41,302 nt of DNA, taken from positions 1 to 41,302 of the forward strand of contig CAZAFM010000003.1 in assembly GCA_964484395.1 (NCBI GenBank). Reading direction: 5' to 3'. A model generated the notes under the pieces. That model was given only the letters and a program-made list of their open reading frames with translations, did no database searches and was not told where the DNA came from. The stretch is from an uncultured Campylobacterales bacterium. GTDB lineage: Bacteria; Campylobacterota; Campylobacteria; Campylobacterales; CAZAFM01. Made by a program: the position numbers and the translations under genes. Positions 27,124-37,287 of the stretch are shown here, one piece after another. The number at the start of each line of letters is the position of its first letter. Position 1 is the first letter of the stretch.

Positions 27124-27867
27124 TTATACCTCTTTTGAAAAATCGTACTCTACATTTTGGTTTTGTAACTTCAGTCTAAACTCATGTAGTAGGTTTTTAA
27201 CAAATTTCTTATCATTTACATAAAAAAGAGCCTTTGGTGTATCAAAAATATCCGCAGGTCTTACTTCAAGAAGTCCTTCTATATCATAACCCATAAGCTT
27301 AGCTTCTTTGGTTATGAAGCTTTGAAGATTCTCCCCTATACCTATTAAATCTTTTTTTTGAGATATTTTGTATCCACTTAGGTCAAATTCCATAAACGAT
27401 GAAGCGTCTATAGTATAGAGATAGTACTTTAGTACTTCTGAAGAGCTTGAAATTACAAAGTTTGTATCAATATTTAGTCCAAAAAGTAACTCTTTATCGC
27501 TTGTTATCTCTCTTTGTGTTCTTTGTGTTGTATAATCTTTTTTTATATCACCACTTTGTAGTCGCTCTTCTATTCTATAAATGAGCTTATCAAACTCACT
27601 ATTGAACTTCTCAATCTCTTCATTTACTTCTAGTATAGCACTCTCTTTTTCTTTGATGATACTATCTTTTATGCCAAGCTCACTCTCTAGTACACTAACC
27701 CTTCTTGTGAGCTCATTTATCTTTTTAAGACTATACTCAAACTCAACCTTAAGGGCTGATATATCCTCTCTAAGAGCGCTGTTTTGTTCTTTTAAAGTTT
27801 TATTCTCTTTATTTACAAGCATAAACTGCTGCTTGTAGTGCTCAGCACGAGTGTTATGGACTCTCAT
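27124..27867 (-). CDS. Hypothetical protein with long N-terminal coiled coil
   Basis: 247 aa, E/K/L heptad pattern over roughly the first 100 aa; AAGGA RBS; abuts the EAL gene. Confidence 0.75.
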   Translation of the reverse strand: MRVHNTRAEHYKQQFMLVNKENKTLKEQNSALREDISALKVEFEYSLKKINELTRRVSVLESELGIKDSIIKEKESAILEVNEEIEKFNSEFDKLIYRIEERLQSGDIKKDYTTQRTQREITSDKELLFGLNIDTNFVISSSSEVLKYYLYTIDASSFMEFDLSGYKISQKKDLIGIGENLQSFITKEAKLMGYDIEGLLEVRPADIFDTPKALFYVNDKKFVKNLLHEFRLKLQNQNVEYDFSKEV

Positions 27868-27961
27868 CTAAGATCCTTAAAATCATTTATTTAGATAGAT
27901 TTGTAATAGTAGTATAGTGTGTTGTTGCTTTTCTTTTGATAAGATGGATTAGGTTAGCATA

Positions 27962-27988
27962 GCTTTAAGAAGCTTGACTTCTTAAAGC
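27962..27988 (-). terminator. 11-bp hairpin downstream of flgH
   Basis: GCTTTAAGAAG-cttga-CTTCTTAAAGC perfect inverted repeat; weak U tract. Confidence 0.55.
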
Positions 27989-28017
27989 GTATCATGACTT
28001 CTGAAAGAATTCTAATA

Positions 28018-28743
28018 TTAAAACGGCCAGATAGACTCTACAAGGCGAGTTCCCCATCTTTTTTCTGTAGCCTTCCTTAGTTGACCCTCTGTGTTGTACA
28101 TTATTTTAGCATCTGCTATATATTGTGAATCTATAGAGTTTGCAGCACTTATATCCTCAGGTCTAATAACCCCACTGACACGGATGTTTTGCTTCTCACC
28201 ATCTATAAGTATCTCTCTTCCACCCTCTATGAAGTAGTTTCCGTTGTTTAGGATTTTGATAACCCTAGCTGAAACTGTTGTTGTAAAGCTCTCTTGTCTT
28301 TGTTGAGAGCCTGAACCATCAAATTCACTTGAACTATCAAGCTCCGCACCTATGTTTGTAATACCATTTATGCTATTCATAGCTCCACTTACAGCTGCAT
28401 TTATTGCATTACCTTCTGCATTATAGCCAGTATTTAGTCCACCTAGACCTAGTGCTGCATTGTAGTTAGTTGATTTTGAACGGTCTGAGTTTTGAGTAGC
28501 AGTCTCTTGAATTACCACTGTTACTATATCATTTACTGACATAGCTTTTCTATCAGAGTAGAGCGGACTATCACCTTGATTAAAAAGGCTCCCCGCGTTT
28601 CCAAGCTCATACTCCTCCTCACGAGAAGGTAGCTCCTCAACATACTTAGGTGGAGCAAAGCTTATTGCAGGGTCTTGTCTAGTTGTACATCCACTAAAAA
28701 AAAGCATCCATGCTATTAGTGTAAAAGTTAAAATCCATCTCAT
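28018..28743 (-). CDS. flgH: Flagellar L-ring lipoprotein
   Basis: Lipobox FFSGC, GSLF, DRKA..VNDIVTV, NGNYFIEG, SGVIRPEDI, IADAKI, WPF end; start moved to MRWILT at 28743 behind AAGGA. Confidence 0.95.
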   Translation of the reverse strand: MRWILTFTLIAWMLFFSGCTTRQDPAISFAPPKYVEELPSREEEYELGNAGSLFNQGDSPLYSDRKAMSVNDIVTVVIQETATQNSDRSKSTNYNAALGLGGLNTGYNAEGNAINAAVSGAMNSINGITNIGAELDSSSEFDGSGSQQRQESFTTTVSARVIKILNNGNYFIEGGREILIDGEKQNIRVSGVIRPEDISAANSIDSQYIADAKIMYNTEGQLRKATEKRWGTRLVESIWPF

Positions 28744-28765
28744 ACAAATGTCCTTATTTGAGTTT

Positions 28766-28774
28766 TGGTATAAT
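28766..28774 (+). promoter_or_regulatory. Extended -10 (sigma70) for the YqeY gene
   Basis: TGgTATAAT about 30 bp upstream of ATG 28803. Confidence 0.65.
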
Positions 28775-28775
28775 A

Positions 28776-28793
28776 AAGCAAATATAATTCCAA
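28776..28793 (-). promoter_or_regulatory. Sigma54 promoter of flgH
   Basis: Minus strand reads TTGGAATTATATTTGCTT with GG-N10-GC spacing; flgH is RpoN-dependent in Campylobacter. Confidence 0.8.
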
Positions 28794-28802
28794 AGGATGG
28801 AG

Positions 28803-29249
28803 ATGTCTGAACTAAAAAACAGAATAAACAGCGAAGTAAAAGAGGCGATGAAAAACAAAGATGCCCAAAAAAGAGATGCCCTAAGAATGCTAACAAGTGC
28901 TATAAAGCAAGTAGAGGTAGATGAGAGAAAAGAGTTAAAAGATGAAGATGTAGTCAAAATAATCCAAAAAGCCATAAAACAAAGAGAGGATGCAGCTACT
29001 CAGTATAGAGAAGGTGGACGAGAGGAGCTAGCAAGTAAGGAGGAGGCTGAGATTGAGATTTTTAAGACCTACCTACCAGCACAATTAAGTGATAAGGAGC
29101 TTGAAGAAAAACTAAAGTCAATTATAGATAGTGTTGGCGCTACAAGTATGAAAGATATGGGAAAAATCATGGGTGTTGCTACCAAAGAGATAGGTAGTAG
29201 TGCAGATGGTAAAAGAATAAATATGGTCGTAAAAAAACTACTCTCATAG
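28803..29249 (+). CDS. GatB/YqeY domain protein
   Basis: KEAMKNKD..LRML, YLPAQLS, MKDMGKIMG, ADGK; start at 28803 behind AAGGA. Confidence 0.93.
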   Translation: MSELKNRINSEVKEAMKNKDAQKRDALRMLTSAIKQVEVDERKELKDEDVVKIIQKAIKQREDAATQYREGGREELASKEEAEIEIFKTYLPAQLSDKELEEKLKSIIDSVGATSMKDMGKIMGVATKEIGSSADGKRINMVVKKLLS

Positions 29250-29948
29250 ACTACTATAGTCAGTTTTTGATTTCTGCTCAATAAGTAGGTAGTTTTGGGT
29301 ATCAAATCTATTATTTTGATACTCAAAAACCCCTGCACTTAGTTTGTTTCCATATACACAGCCTGTATCTAGTCCTACTGAGTTTTTTAGGACTTTTGCA
29401 CTCTTAAAAACCTGATGACCATAGACTACAAATCCTTGCTCTCCACCATATTGCTCAGCCCAGAATGTATCTCTTTTGTCTTTTTGATCTAGTGATATAA
29501 ACTTTCCATTTTTATCTAGATATCTAGTATGAACAAGTTTGCTAAAACCATATCTATCAAGCCTATCTACCCTAGCTCCTCTCCATAAACCACCGTGCAA
29601 AACTGTGATGTTCTGGACTTTTATGTAGTATGGAAGTGTTGAGAGGAAGAGAATGTCTTCACTATCAAGTTCTGTAAAAAGAGCCTTTTGTTTTTGGTTA
29701 AGGTTTAGGGTTTGAGTGTTTTTTTTAAGGGAGTTTTTGTATTTTAAAAACTTCTCTTCATGGTTTCCTAGAACTGTTTTTATGTTGTTGTTTTTTATGA
29801 ACTTTATTAGTTTTTTAGAGTATAAGCCTTTGTTGATAATATCGCCTACACATATCTCTAAATCACCTTTTTGTGGCTTTATCTTCTCTCTTAGTGCTAA
29901 AAACTCCTCAAAGCACCCATGCAAATCACCATAAACTATAAGCCTCAT
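29244..29948 (-). CDS. Calcineurin-like metallophosphoesterase (ApaH/PrpE-like)
   Basis: GDLHG, VGDIINKG, LGNHE, LHGG, YGH, LDTGCVYG; start moved to MRLIVYGD. Confidence 0.9.
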   Translation of the reverse strand: MRLIVYGDLHGCFEEFLALREKIKPQKGDLEICVGDIINKGLYSKKLIKFIKNNNIKTVLGNHEEKFLKYKNSLKKNTQTLNLNQKQKALFTELDSEDILFLSTLPYYIKVQNITVLHGGLWRGARVDRLDRYGFSKLVHTRYLDKNGKFISLDQKDKRDTFWAEQYGGEQGFVVYGHQVFKSAKVLKNSVGLDTGCVYGNKLSAGVFEYQNNRFDTQNYLLIEQKSKTDYSSL

Positions 29949-30111
29949 AAAAGCTTCCCTCTCCTTCCTTCTAAGCCATATCTGAAACAAATCAAACAAA
30001 TTTTGTGTGATTATAGCATATTGGGTGATTTTTTTATAAATATATTCGTAATACTATTGTATCATAGACAGATATAGAGTGTGCTACCATCTAAATAAAG
30101 AGAGGATTTTG

Positions 30112-30615
30112 ATGAAACCAAGTCCAAATGACAATGAGCTTAGCTTCTCAAGTAGTGAGATAATCGTATCAAAAACTGATACAAAAGGGAAAATTACTTA
30201 TGGTAATAAGCTGTTTATTGAACTATCCAAGTATAGTGAGAGTGACTTAATAGGTAAACCACATAGCACTATTAGGCATCCTGATATGCCTAGGACTATA
30301 TTTTGGCTTTTGTGGGATAGAATTCAGAATGGGAATGAGATATATGCGTATGTAAAAAATCTCTCAGCTGATGGGTCATACTATTGGGTTTTGGCAAATG
30401 TTACACCATCCTTTGACCCAAAAGGAAGTATTATAGGTTACTACTCAGTAAGGCGAAAACCAAAAAAGGAGTTACTAAGTAGTGAAATTATTCCACTTTA
30501 TAAAAAACTTCTAGAGGTAGAGTCAAATGGTGGACTAGATAAAGGAAAAGAGTTTCTAGATGATATGTTAGAAAATAAGGGAGTTAGCTATGATAAGTTC
30601 ATCCTATCTTTATAG
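30112..30615 (+). CDS. Stand-alone Aer-type PAS sensor (CetB-like)
   Basis: [47 protein letters not shown]; ATG 30112 behind GAGGA. Confidence 0.9.
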   Translation: MKPSPNDNELSFSSSEIIVSKTDTKGKITYGNKLFIELSKYSESDLIGKPHSTIRHPDMPRTIFWLLWDRIQNGNEIYAYVKNLSADGSYYWVLANVTPSFDPKGSIIGYYSVRRKPKKELLSSEIIPLYKKLLEVESNGGLDKGKEFLDDMLENKGVSYDKFILSL

Positions 30616-32011
30616 AATAGAGGTTATTTGTTATGCATTAATTGGACTTGGAATTATAGGTGCTATAAGCAGTGTCACACTAGGACTAAACTATGTAGCA
30701 CTTGTAGTTTTTCTTATCATCATCATCGTAGCTATCCCTCTTAAGTTAGTAGTAGCAAATCTTAAAAAAGAGCTTGTAAGGGTTTCAGAAATTGTATCAG
30801 ATGCCTCAAAGGGAAACTTTGAGAGAAGAGTTACTTTTGTCAAAGGCGGGGAGGAGATGAGTAAACTCTCTTGGGGAGTGAATGACCTATTAGATCAGAT
30901 GGAGACATTTATAAGAGAGATTACAACCTCTATAAGCAAAGCCTCAGAAGGTGAGTTCTATCGAAAGGTTGACGAACAAGGACTTAATAGCTCACTTATT
31001 CGCTCATCAACACTCATTAACCAGTCAATCAATCAGATGGAAACAAGTTATGAGAAGATGCAAAGAGAGGAGCTAAATATGGCACTCTCTAAAATAGATA
31101 GAACAAAAGAGCAGATTCAGTTAGTCCGTGAGGGTATGAGTAAGGATATTAAGGTTCTAGATGTTCTAAGTGCAAAAATAAAAGAGGCAGCAGAGCTCTC
31201 AAATCAGAGCAAAAAAGAGACAGAGGATGTAGTTGAGAGTCTACATGAGCTAGTAGGTATTATAGCCGGAAATAATGATGCAATAACTTCACTAGCTAGT
31301 AGGGCGGTTGAGATAAATAGTGTTGTTCAGCTAATTACTGATATAACAGAGCAAACTAACCTTCTAGCTCTAAATGCAGCCATTGAATCAGCAAGAGCAG
31401 GGGAACATGGAAGGGGGTTTGCAGTAGTTGCTCAAGAGGTTAAAAAACTAGCTGAACGAACACAGAGGGCTACTAGCGAGATTAGCCTACAGATAAAGAC
31501 ACTCCAACAAGAGACTGATGATATTCATGGAAATTCTGAAAATATGAATAACATAGCTCAAGAAGCAGAAAAAACAATCAAATCTTTTGAAACAATCCTT
31601 ATGAAGCTTAATAAAGAGAACAATGAAGTAGCTCTTGAAACAAAAAGAGTAGAGAATGCAATATTTGGAAATCTTGTCAAAATAGACCATATTGCATTTA
31701 AATCAGATGCTTATGGTGCCTTTTATGTAGGTGATGATAGTAAGAAGTTTGATGATGCTAACAACTGTAGGCTTGGTCAGTGGTACAACACAAAGGGCAA
31801 AGATATGTATGGAAACCTACAGTCTTACAAAGAGTTAGCAGCTCCACATCAAGAGTATCATGATAGTATCATAGAAGCTGTTGAGTACCTCAAAAACAAA
31901 ACTATTTTTGAACATAGAGATGAGGTTATTAGTAAGTTTGAGAACTCCGAGGCGCTTAGTAAGAGAGTATTTGGCTTGATTGATAAGATGCTAGATGAAT
32001 CAAACAGCTAA
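30590..32011 (+). CDS. Methyl-accepting chemotaxis protein (CetA-like) with C-terminal CZB zinc-binding domain
   Basis: N-terminal TM hairpin, HAMP-like region, [27 protein letters not shown]; CZB motifs DHIAFK, CRLGQWY, HQEYH. Confidence 0.92.
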   Translation: MISSSYLYRIEVICYALIGLGIIGAISSVTLGLNYVALVVFLIIIIVAIPLKLVVANLKKELVRVSEIVSDASKGNFERRVTFVKGGEEMSKLSWGVNDLLDQMETFIREITTSISKASEGEFYRKVDEQGLNSSLIRSSTLINQSINQMETSYEKMQREELNMALSKIDRTKEQIQLVREGMSKDIKVLDVLSAKIKEAAELSNQSKKETEDVVESLHELVGIIAGNNDAITSLASRAVEINSVVQLITDITEQTNLLALNAAIESARAGEHGRGFAVVAQEVKKLAERTQRATSEISLQIKTLQQETDDIHGNSENMNNIAQEAEKTIKSFETILMKLNKENNEVALETKRVENAIFGNLVKIDHIAFKSDAYGAFYVGDDSKKFDDANNCRLGQWYNTKGKDMYGNLQSYKELAAPHQEYHDSIIEAVEYLKNKTIFEHRDEVISKFENSEALSKRVFGLIDKMLDESNS

Positions 32012-32021
32012 TAGCTTCTAA

Positions 32022-32288
32022 TTACTTACTAAAAGAGAACTCCACTTGAGGGGTTCTTTTTGGAATTGATGGTTCTGTTGCATCATTTCCTGGGTATAGG
32101 TTTTTAGGTCTAGTTTTATCTCTTTGAAGCTGTTCATCATCCTCTCTTATCTCTTTAGAGTTATCTTTTACACTTAGGTGGCTATTGCTCTTCTTAGGAA
32201 CAGGAGGCGGAGCCTCTGGAAGCTCTATTTTTTGTTCTGCAAATGCAATAGATAGTAAAAAAACTGTTGATATAATTAAAAACTTCAT
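32022..32288 (-). CDS. Small secreted Pro-rich hypothetical protein
   Basis: Signal peptide MKFLIISTVFLLSIAFA, low-complexity body; AAGGAG RBS. Confidence 0.7.
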   Translation of the reverse strand: MKFLIISTVFLLSIAFAEQKIELPEAPPPVPKKSNSHLSVKDNSKEIREDDEQLQRDKTRPKNLYPGNDATEPSIPKRTPQVEFSFSK

Positions 32289-32315
32289 TTATAAATCTCC
32301 TTGTATTAGCATGAA

Positions 32316-35300
32316 CTATTTTATGCTTTGCTCTCTGTTTTTGTATGCAAGTCCTATAAGTAAAAATAGTACCGCCACCATCACATATACAAAGGTAGGT
32401 ATAGGGACAGGATCACCCTTAGCGTATGAGTGAAGCCCACTTAAGTAGAAGTTCACACCAAAATAAGTCATAAGAACTGAGAAAAATGCCACTATTGAGC
32501 CTATATTAAAGGTGTAGAAACTATAAAGACCTTTTATAAATCTCATATGAATTACAAATGCATACACAACTATTGTTATAAGAGACCAAGTCTCTTTAGG
32601 GTCCCAGCCCCAGTATCTACCCCAACTCTCGTTTGCCCATACTCCACCTAGAAAGTTTCCAATAGTAAAAAGCACTAAACCTATAATAAGTGTTATTTCA
32701 TTTATGTATGTCAGCTCTGCTATGCTTTTTTCTAGCTTCTGTTTTGAAGATGGTCTTTTAAGTGCCATAAGTATAAGTGTGATAATACCAAGCAAGGCTC
32801 CAAGTCCAAAAAACCCATAACTAGCAGTAATAACTGAAACATGTATAGTCAGCCAGTATGAGTTGAGAACAGGGATTAGGTTTGTTATTTGTGGGTCCAT
32901 CCAGCTAAGATGAGCTACAAAAAGAACAACAGCACTCAAAAATGCAGAAGCTCCAAGAGCTAGGGGGTTGTTTCTAACCAAAAGAAGTCCAGCTAGTATG
33001 CTCGCCCATGCTATATATATCATAGACTCATACCCATTACTCCAAGGTGCGTGACCGGATATATACCATCTAAGCCCTAAGGCAAAAGTCTGGATGATAA
33101 AAGCTATAATAAAAACAGCCTTTGCACTATTTAATATAATGTGCATTTTTGATATAGGCTTTATGATGTTAATTACTCCTATAATCATTAAAAGCAAGCC
33201 AAGTAAACCAAAAACAGGCATAAGCATCTCAAAAAAGTTGTAGTTATAATAGAGTATTTCAGCATCAATCTTTGCTTCAGAAGGGATGATAGATACTCCA
33301 TAGAACCTCTGAAATTCATCTATTCTTCCTAAGGCTTCATCAGCTAACTCCCACTCTCCAGTATTCATACCTATCTCTACAGCTTCAAAGTAACCATAAG
33401 TTAACTCTTTTACCTTATCTGAAAGCTCTTTAGGAAAGCTCTCTATTGCCTCTATAGGACTAAACCACTTTTTGGCCTTATCTCCTGGTAGGGGGTATAT
33501 GCTTAAAATAGAGCCTGTATAGACCATATAGGTAATATTTAGCCTCTCATCTGCTTTTATTGCTTCTTTGTCAAGTTTACTCTGATAAGCTGGTCTTTTC
33601 TGGTTAGCTTTTTCAAGAATATCTGCTATCTTATAGACTCCGCCTCCATGACCATCTGTGTTAAAAAAGTCAATAAACGCAGCATATTTTTGAGACTCCT
33701 TTAGTCCTAAGACCTCTCTTAGTTCAGGGTGCTTAACAGATATAAACTTAACCTTCTCCCATGCATCAGGTCTTACAAGCATTCCAAGAAGTACTTGAGT
33801 AGGATGAAGCCCATGAAAAGAGCTATCTTGATGGACTTTGTTCACCATCTCAAAGGCCAAAGTCTCTATAGGTTTAACCCTCCCACCTACATCTTGAACT
33901 AGAAGTTTTCCAAGCTTTTTTGAGTGCTCTAGACTTACTGAATCTATAGCTTTTAGTATATCTTCAGGGGTTTGTGCGTGTAGTGTATTTGGTTGTAGCA
34001 GTGCAAATAGCGCTACTGTGGCTATGAATAGAGCTTTTAGACTTTTTATCTTAGAAGAGAGTCTTAGTATCCTCCCTTTTGGTAGAAAAATAGCAGCTAA
34101 CATACCAATTGAGAGTAAGAAGTAGCCTATGTATGTAACTAAAGTTCCCCAGTAGTCGTGGTTTACACTCAAAATAGTTCCTTTTTCATCCATATCGTAT
34201 GATGCTTGATAGAATCGGTAGCCTTTGTGCTCAAGTATGTGGTTCATATATATAGAGTAATCAAAGCTTTTGTTAAGACTATCAATAACCCTTACTTCAC
34301 TTCTGTATGAAGCTGGCGCCATAGAGCCTGGGTATCGCTCTAGGATAAAGTCATTTAACTGCAGGGCAAAGGGTAGGGTTATTGTTTTTGAGCCATATCC
34401 TAAGGCTATATTTAGTCCACCTACTTGAGCTGTTTTAAAGTTGGTTTGTGCCCCCTTTTTTCCAAAAACGAATATATTTTTACTATCTCCGTTGTACTCT
34501 ACCTTGAACTTCAAGAGATCTGGAATCTCCTCACTTTGGGATTTAGGAGCACTTTTGTATGTTGTATCTGCACTCTCTAGATACTCTTGTAGTACAAACT
34601 GCTTATCTCCTGAAGTGTATAGTTTCTTTTTTTCAAAGGGTATTTCAGTCTGTGGCTCTATATCTTTTTGCTCTTGAGTATCCATATCAAGAACAGACAT
34701 AGTAGCAGCCCCTCTAATCATAAGCTCCCCATCTTTCTTGTATACAATAATCTCACTCAAAGCATTAGGCTCAAAAGCTATACTTAGTCCTTGTGGATAT
34801 TTGCTCTCACCCTCTTTTATAAGTACACGAGTAGGAGCACTCTCTTTTGCTACTACTAAAGATATTACCCCCTCTCCATCACTACTTGGGGTCATCTCTT
34901 CAACTGCTGAAGGTATGTAGTTTTCTAGTGATATTTTAAGCTTGTTTCCACTTAAGTCCAGCTCACTATCAAAGTCATTACTACCAAGTGCACTAAAAAG
35001 AACAGGACTCTCAAACTCATAATGAGTGCCATCTTCTTGTACCTTTAGCTCTACATAGGCTCTTTCACTTAGCATAGTATTAGTTCTCTCACCCTCTCTA
35101 ATATGCATTATACCTTCAAAGCCAAAAAACCGAGTTATTGCAGCTCCTAGAAGTATAACCAAAAAAGATATGTGAAATAAGAATATTGGAAACTTATCTT
35201 TTTTGTACATTTTGTACTTGAAGATATTAAAAAGTAGATTTAGTGCTAGTAGAAAAAGTAGAGCTTCAAACCATCTTGCATTATAGATTAGTGCTTTTGC

Positions 35301-35429
35301 ACTCTGTATTCCATAGTCATTCTCTATAAAGGTAGCAACTGCCATAGCTAATGCAAATATTATAAGCAGTAAACCAGTTGTTTTCATTGAGACAATTGAG
35401 TTTTTTAGGTTATTTATGAAGTTTTGCAT
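32316..35429 (-). CDS. ccsBA: System II cytochrome c synthase, fused CcsBA (NrfI/CcsA type)
   Basis: FHISF, FYQAS, HAPWSNGYES, IHVSVITASYG, WANESWGRYWGWDPKETW (WWD domain), GLHSY. Confidence 0.95.
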   Translation of the reverse strand: MQNFINNLKNSIVSMKTTGLLLIIFALAMAVATFIENDYGIQSAKALIYNARWFEALLFLLALNLLFNIFKYKMYKKDKFPIFLFHISFLVILLGAAITRFFGFEGIMHIREGERTNTMLSERAYVELKVQEDGTHYEFESPVLFSALGSNDFDSELDLSGNKLKISLENYIPSAVEEMTPSSDGEGVISLVVAKESAPTRVLIKEGESKYPQGLSIAFEPNALSEIIVYKKDGELMIRGAATMSVLDMDTQEQKDIEPQTEIPFEKKKLYTSGDKQFVLQEYLESADTTYKSAPKSQSEEIPDLLKFKVEYNGDSKNIFVFGKKGAQTNFKTAQVGGLNIALGYGSKTITLPFALQLNDFILERYPGSMAPASYRSEVRVIDSLNKSFDYSIYMNHILEHKGYRFYQASYDMDEKGTILSVNHDYWGTLVTYIGYFLLSIGMLAAIFLPKGRILRLSSKIKSLKALFIATVALFALLQPNTLHAQTPEDILKAIDSVSLEHSKKLGKLLVQDVGGRVKPIETLAFEMVNKVHQDSSFHGLHPTQVLLGMLVRPDAWEKVKFISVKHPELREVLGLKESQKYAAFIDFFNTDGHGGGVYKIADILEKANQKRPAYQSKLDKEAIKADERLNITYMVYTGSILSIYPLPGDKAKKWFSPIEAIESFPKELSDKVKELTYGYFEAVEIGMNTGEWELADEALGRIDEFQRFYGVSIIPSEAKIDAEILYYNYNFFEMLMPVFGLLGLLLMIIGVINIIKPISKMHIILNSAKAVFIIAFIIQTFALGLRWYISGHAPWSNGYESMIYIAWASILAGLLLVRNNPLALGASAFLSAVVLFVAHLSWMDPQITNLIPVLNSYWLTIHVSVITASYGFFGLGALLGIITLILMALKRPSSKQKLEKSIAELTYINEITLIIGLVLFTIGNFLGGVWANESWGRYWGWDPKETWSLITIVVYAFVIHMRFIKGLYSFYTFNIGSIVAFFSVLMTYFGVNFYLSGLHSYAKGDPVPIPTFVYVMVAVLFLLIGLAYKNREQSIK

Positions 35430-35528
35430 ATTGTGATAAAGTCCTCTTTTTGGGGATTGTAACTAGTTCTTGGTCAAAAAAAAGTGCCTATTTTAAACTA
35501 AAATATAGTTTTAAATTTGCTTCAAGTT

Positions 35529-35771
35529 CTACCTAAAAGTTAGAACTTCTTTTTTTATCTTTCCTAGAGCATCAATTGCCTCTTTTAGGTGCTCTACCTC
35601 TATATCTATAGCCTGGATACTCCATTCACCGACACTCTGGGGTGGTTTCATCTGACCTCTTTTTATCATTACATAGTCAATAAACGAGATATGTGCCATA
35701 TTAAGCAAGATATTTATCTCTTCATTTGAGTTTTCTATCTCTCTTAAAATAGAATCAATCTTCTCAAACAT
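35529..35771 (-). CDS. DUF2443-like small helical protein
   Basis: MFEKI..IL..IE..EI..LL....DY..IKRG pattern matches the Helicobacter DUF2443 family as recalled; AAGGAG RBS. Confidence 0.7.
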   Translation of the reverse strand: MFEKIDSILREIENSNEEINILLNMAHISFIDYVMIKRGQMKPPQSVGEWSIQAIDIEVEHLKEAIDALGKIKKEVLTFR

Positions 35772-35833
35772 CTCAAGCTCCTTGATCGTGGATAGAAGAT
35801 TTTTACATCTTTAAGTTAAAAAAGAGATTATTT

Positions 35834-36610
35834 CTACCTTAGAATGAGGCTAAGAGTGCCAAAATACTCTTTTAGTGCTACAAAGCTTCCATTAAATCCA
35901 TTAGAACTAGGAAAAAAGTCTCTAAAACTATAAGCTATACCATCTGATTGAAAATCAGCACCATATCCTAGAGTATTAAAACCTAATGAGTTAAATATAG
36001 TTGTAGCTCTATTTAGATGGTAAGCTGAGCTAACAAGGGCTACTTTTGGTCTCTCTATTCCATAGCTTTCAAACATCTCTTTTAGGTATTTTGCGTTTTG
36101 ATAGGTGTTTAGGCTTTTTGATTCTATTAGTAGATAAAAACCACTACCCTGAAGTGAGTCTTTAAGCTCTATACTTATACCAAATGGTTTATATACTCTA
36201 TTTATATCCTCTATGAAGCCATGAGCCTCTAGTGTTTTCTTATTTCCACCACCACTATATACAAGAGGTATATTACCACCTTTTGCTAACTCTACCCCAA
36301 GTAGTGCTCTTTTTAGCGCTCTGGGACTTAGCTTAAAATCAACATCCTCAGAGCCAACACCACCTCCTAAAACAACTACAAAATCAGAATTTGCAAGAGG
36401 CTTGTGTATTCTATATGGCTCTTCAAGTGGGTAGAGTAGCAGTGAAGCAAAAAACGATGAAGATAATACCCAGAAAAAAACTACAAGAAAAAGAGTAAAT
36501 TTTCGCAGGTTTTTTATAAAGAGGTAGCCAAACAAAAGCAGTGTGACAAAAAGCCCAGGTGGTAGAAAAAAGGTTATAAATATTTTTGAAACTATATAAA
36601 AAAAACTCAC
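35834..36610 (-). CDS. YdcF/ElyC (DUF218) family envelope protein
   Basis: Two N-terminal TM segments, VVLGGG, SGG, ESKSLNTYQNA, VSSAYHLNRA, LKEYFG. Confidence 0.9.
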   Translation of the reverse strand: MSFFYIVSKIFITFFLPPGLFVTLLLFGYLFIKNLRKFTLFLVVFFWVLSSSFFASLLLYPLEEPYRIHKPLANSDFVVVLGGGVGSEDVDFKLSPRALKRALLGVELAKGGNIPLVYSGGGNKKTLEAHGFIEDINRVYKPFGISIELKDSLQGSGFYLLIESKSLNTYQNAKYLKEMFESYGIERPKVALVSSAYHLNRATTIFNSLGFNTLGYGADFQSDGIAYSFRDFFPSSNGFNGSFVALKEYFGTLSLILR

Positions 36611-37287
36611 CCTTCAAACCTCTTTCTCATCATATTTTCAAGCTCATCATACCAGCTTTCACTTTTAAAATCAGGTCTATAAGCCTCTAGAAACTCTACA
36701 CTAAACTTTTTTTTATTAATCTTAAAGTTTTTGGGATCAAAAACCTCTCTACTTCCTTTGATAATAACTGGTTGTATTTTAGCATTTGCTGTTGAGATGA
36801 TGGCTTTTACACCCTCTTTGAAAGGAAGTAGTTTTTTTCCATCACCTCTAGTGCCTTCTGGAAATATACAGATAACTCTACCCTCTTTTATCCTCTCTTT
36901 GGTAGTTCTTATCATCCGGATAATCTCTTTTTTGTTTTTTCTATCTATTAAAATCATCTTTGGAAGCTTGAGAGCAAGCCCAAAAAAAGGTATATCTCCA
37001 AGCTCTTTTTTAGCAACCCAGCAAGGGTTTGCATCCAAAATATACTCTAAAAAAATAATATCTAAATCACTTTGATGGTTTATTACAAGTATTTTAGCAC
37101 TATTATCAAAACTCCCCTTTACCTCAGCTCTAAAAGGAAAAATATTTACTAGAATATTGACAATTGCTTTTCTAATAGTTCTTATTTTGGAGTCACTATT
37201 TTTAAAAACAGCCATAAAAAATATAGAAATAGTAAAAATCACCATCAAGAGTATATAGAAAAAAAACATCCTAATTTTTGGTATCAC
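36607..37287 (-). CDS. plsC: 1-acyl-sn-glycerol-3-phosphate acyltransferase
   Basis: NHQSDLD, AKKEL, IDR, FPEGTR. Confidence 0.93.
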   Translation of the reverse strand: MIPKIRMFFFYILLMVIFTISIFFMAVFKNSDSKIRTIRKAIVNILVNIFPFRAEVKGSFDNSAKILVINHQSDLDIIFLEYILDANPCWVAKKELGDIPFFGLALKLPKMILIDRKNKKEIIRMIRTTKERIKEGRVICIFPEGTRGDGKKLLPFKEGVKAIISTANAKIQPVIIKGSREVFDPKNFKINKKKFSVEFLEAYRPDFKSESWYDELENMMRKRFEG

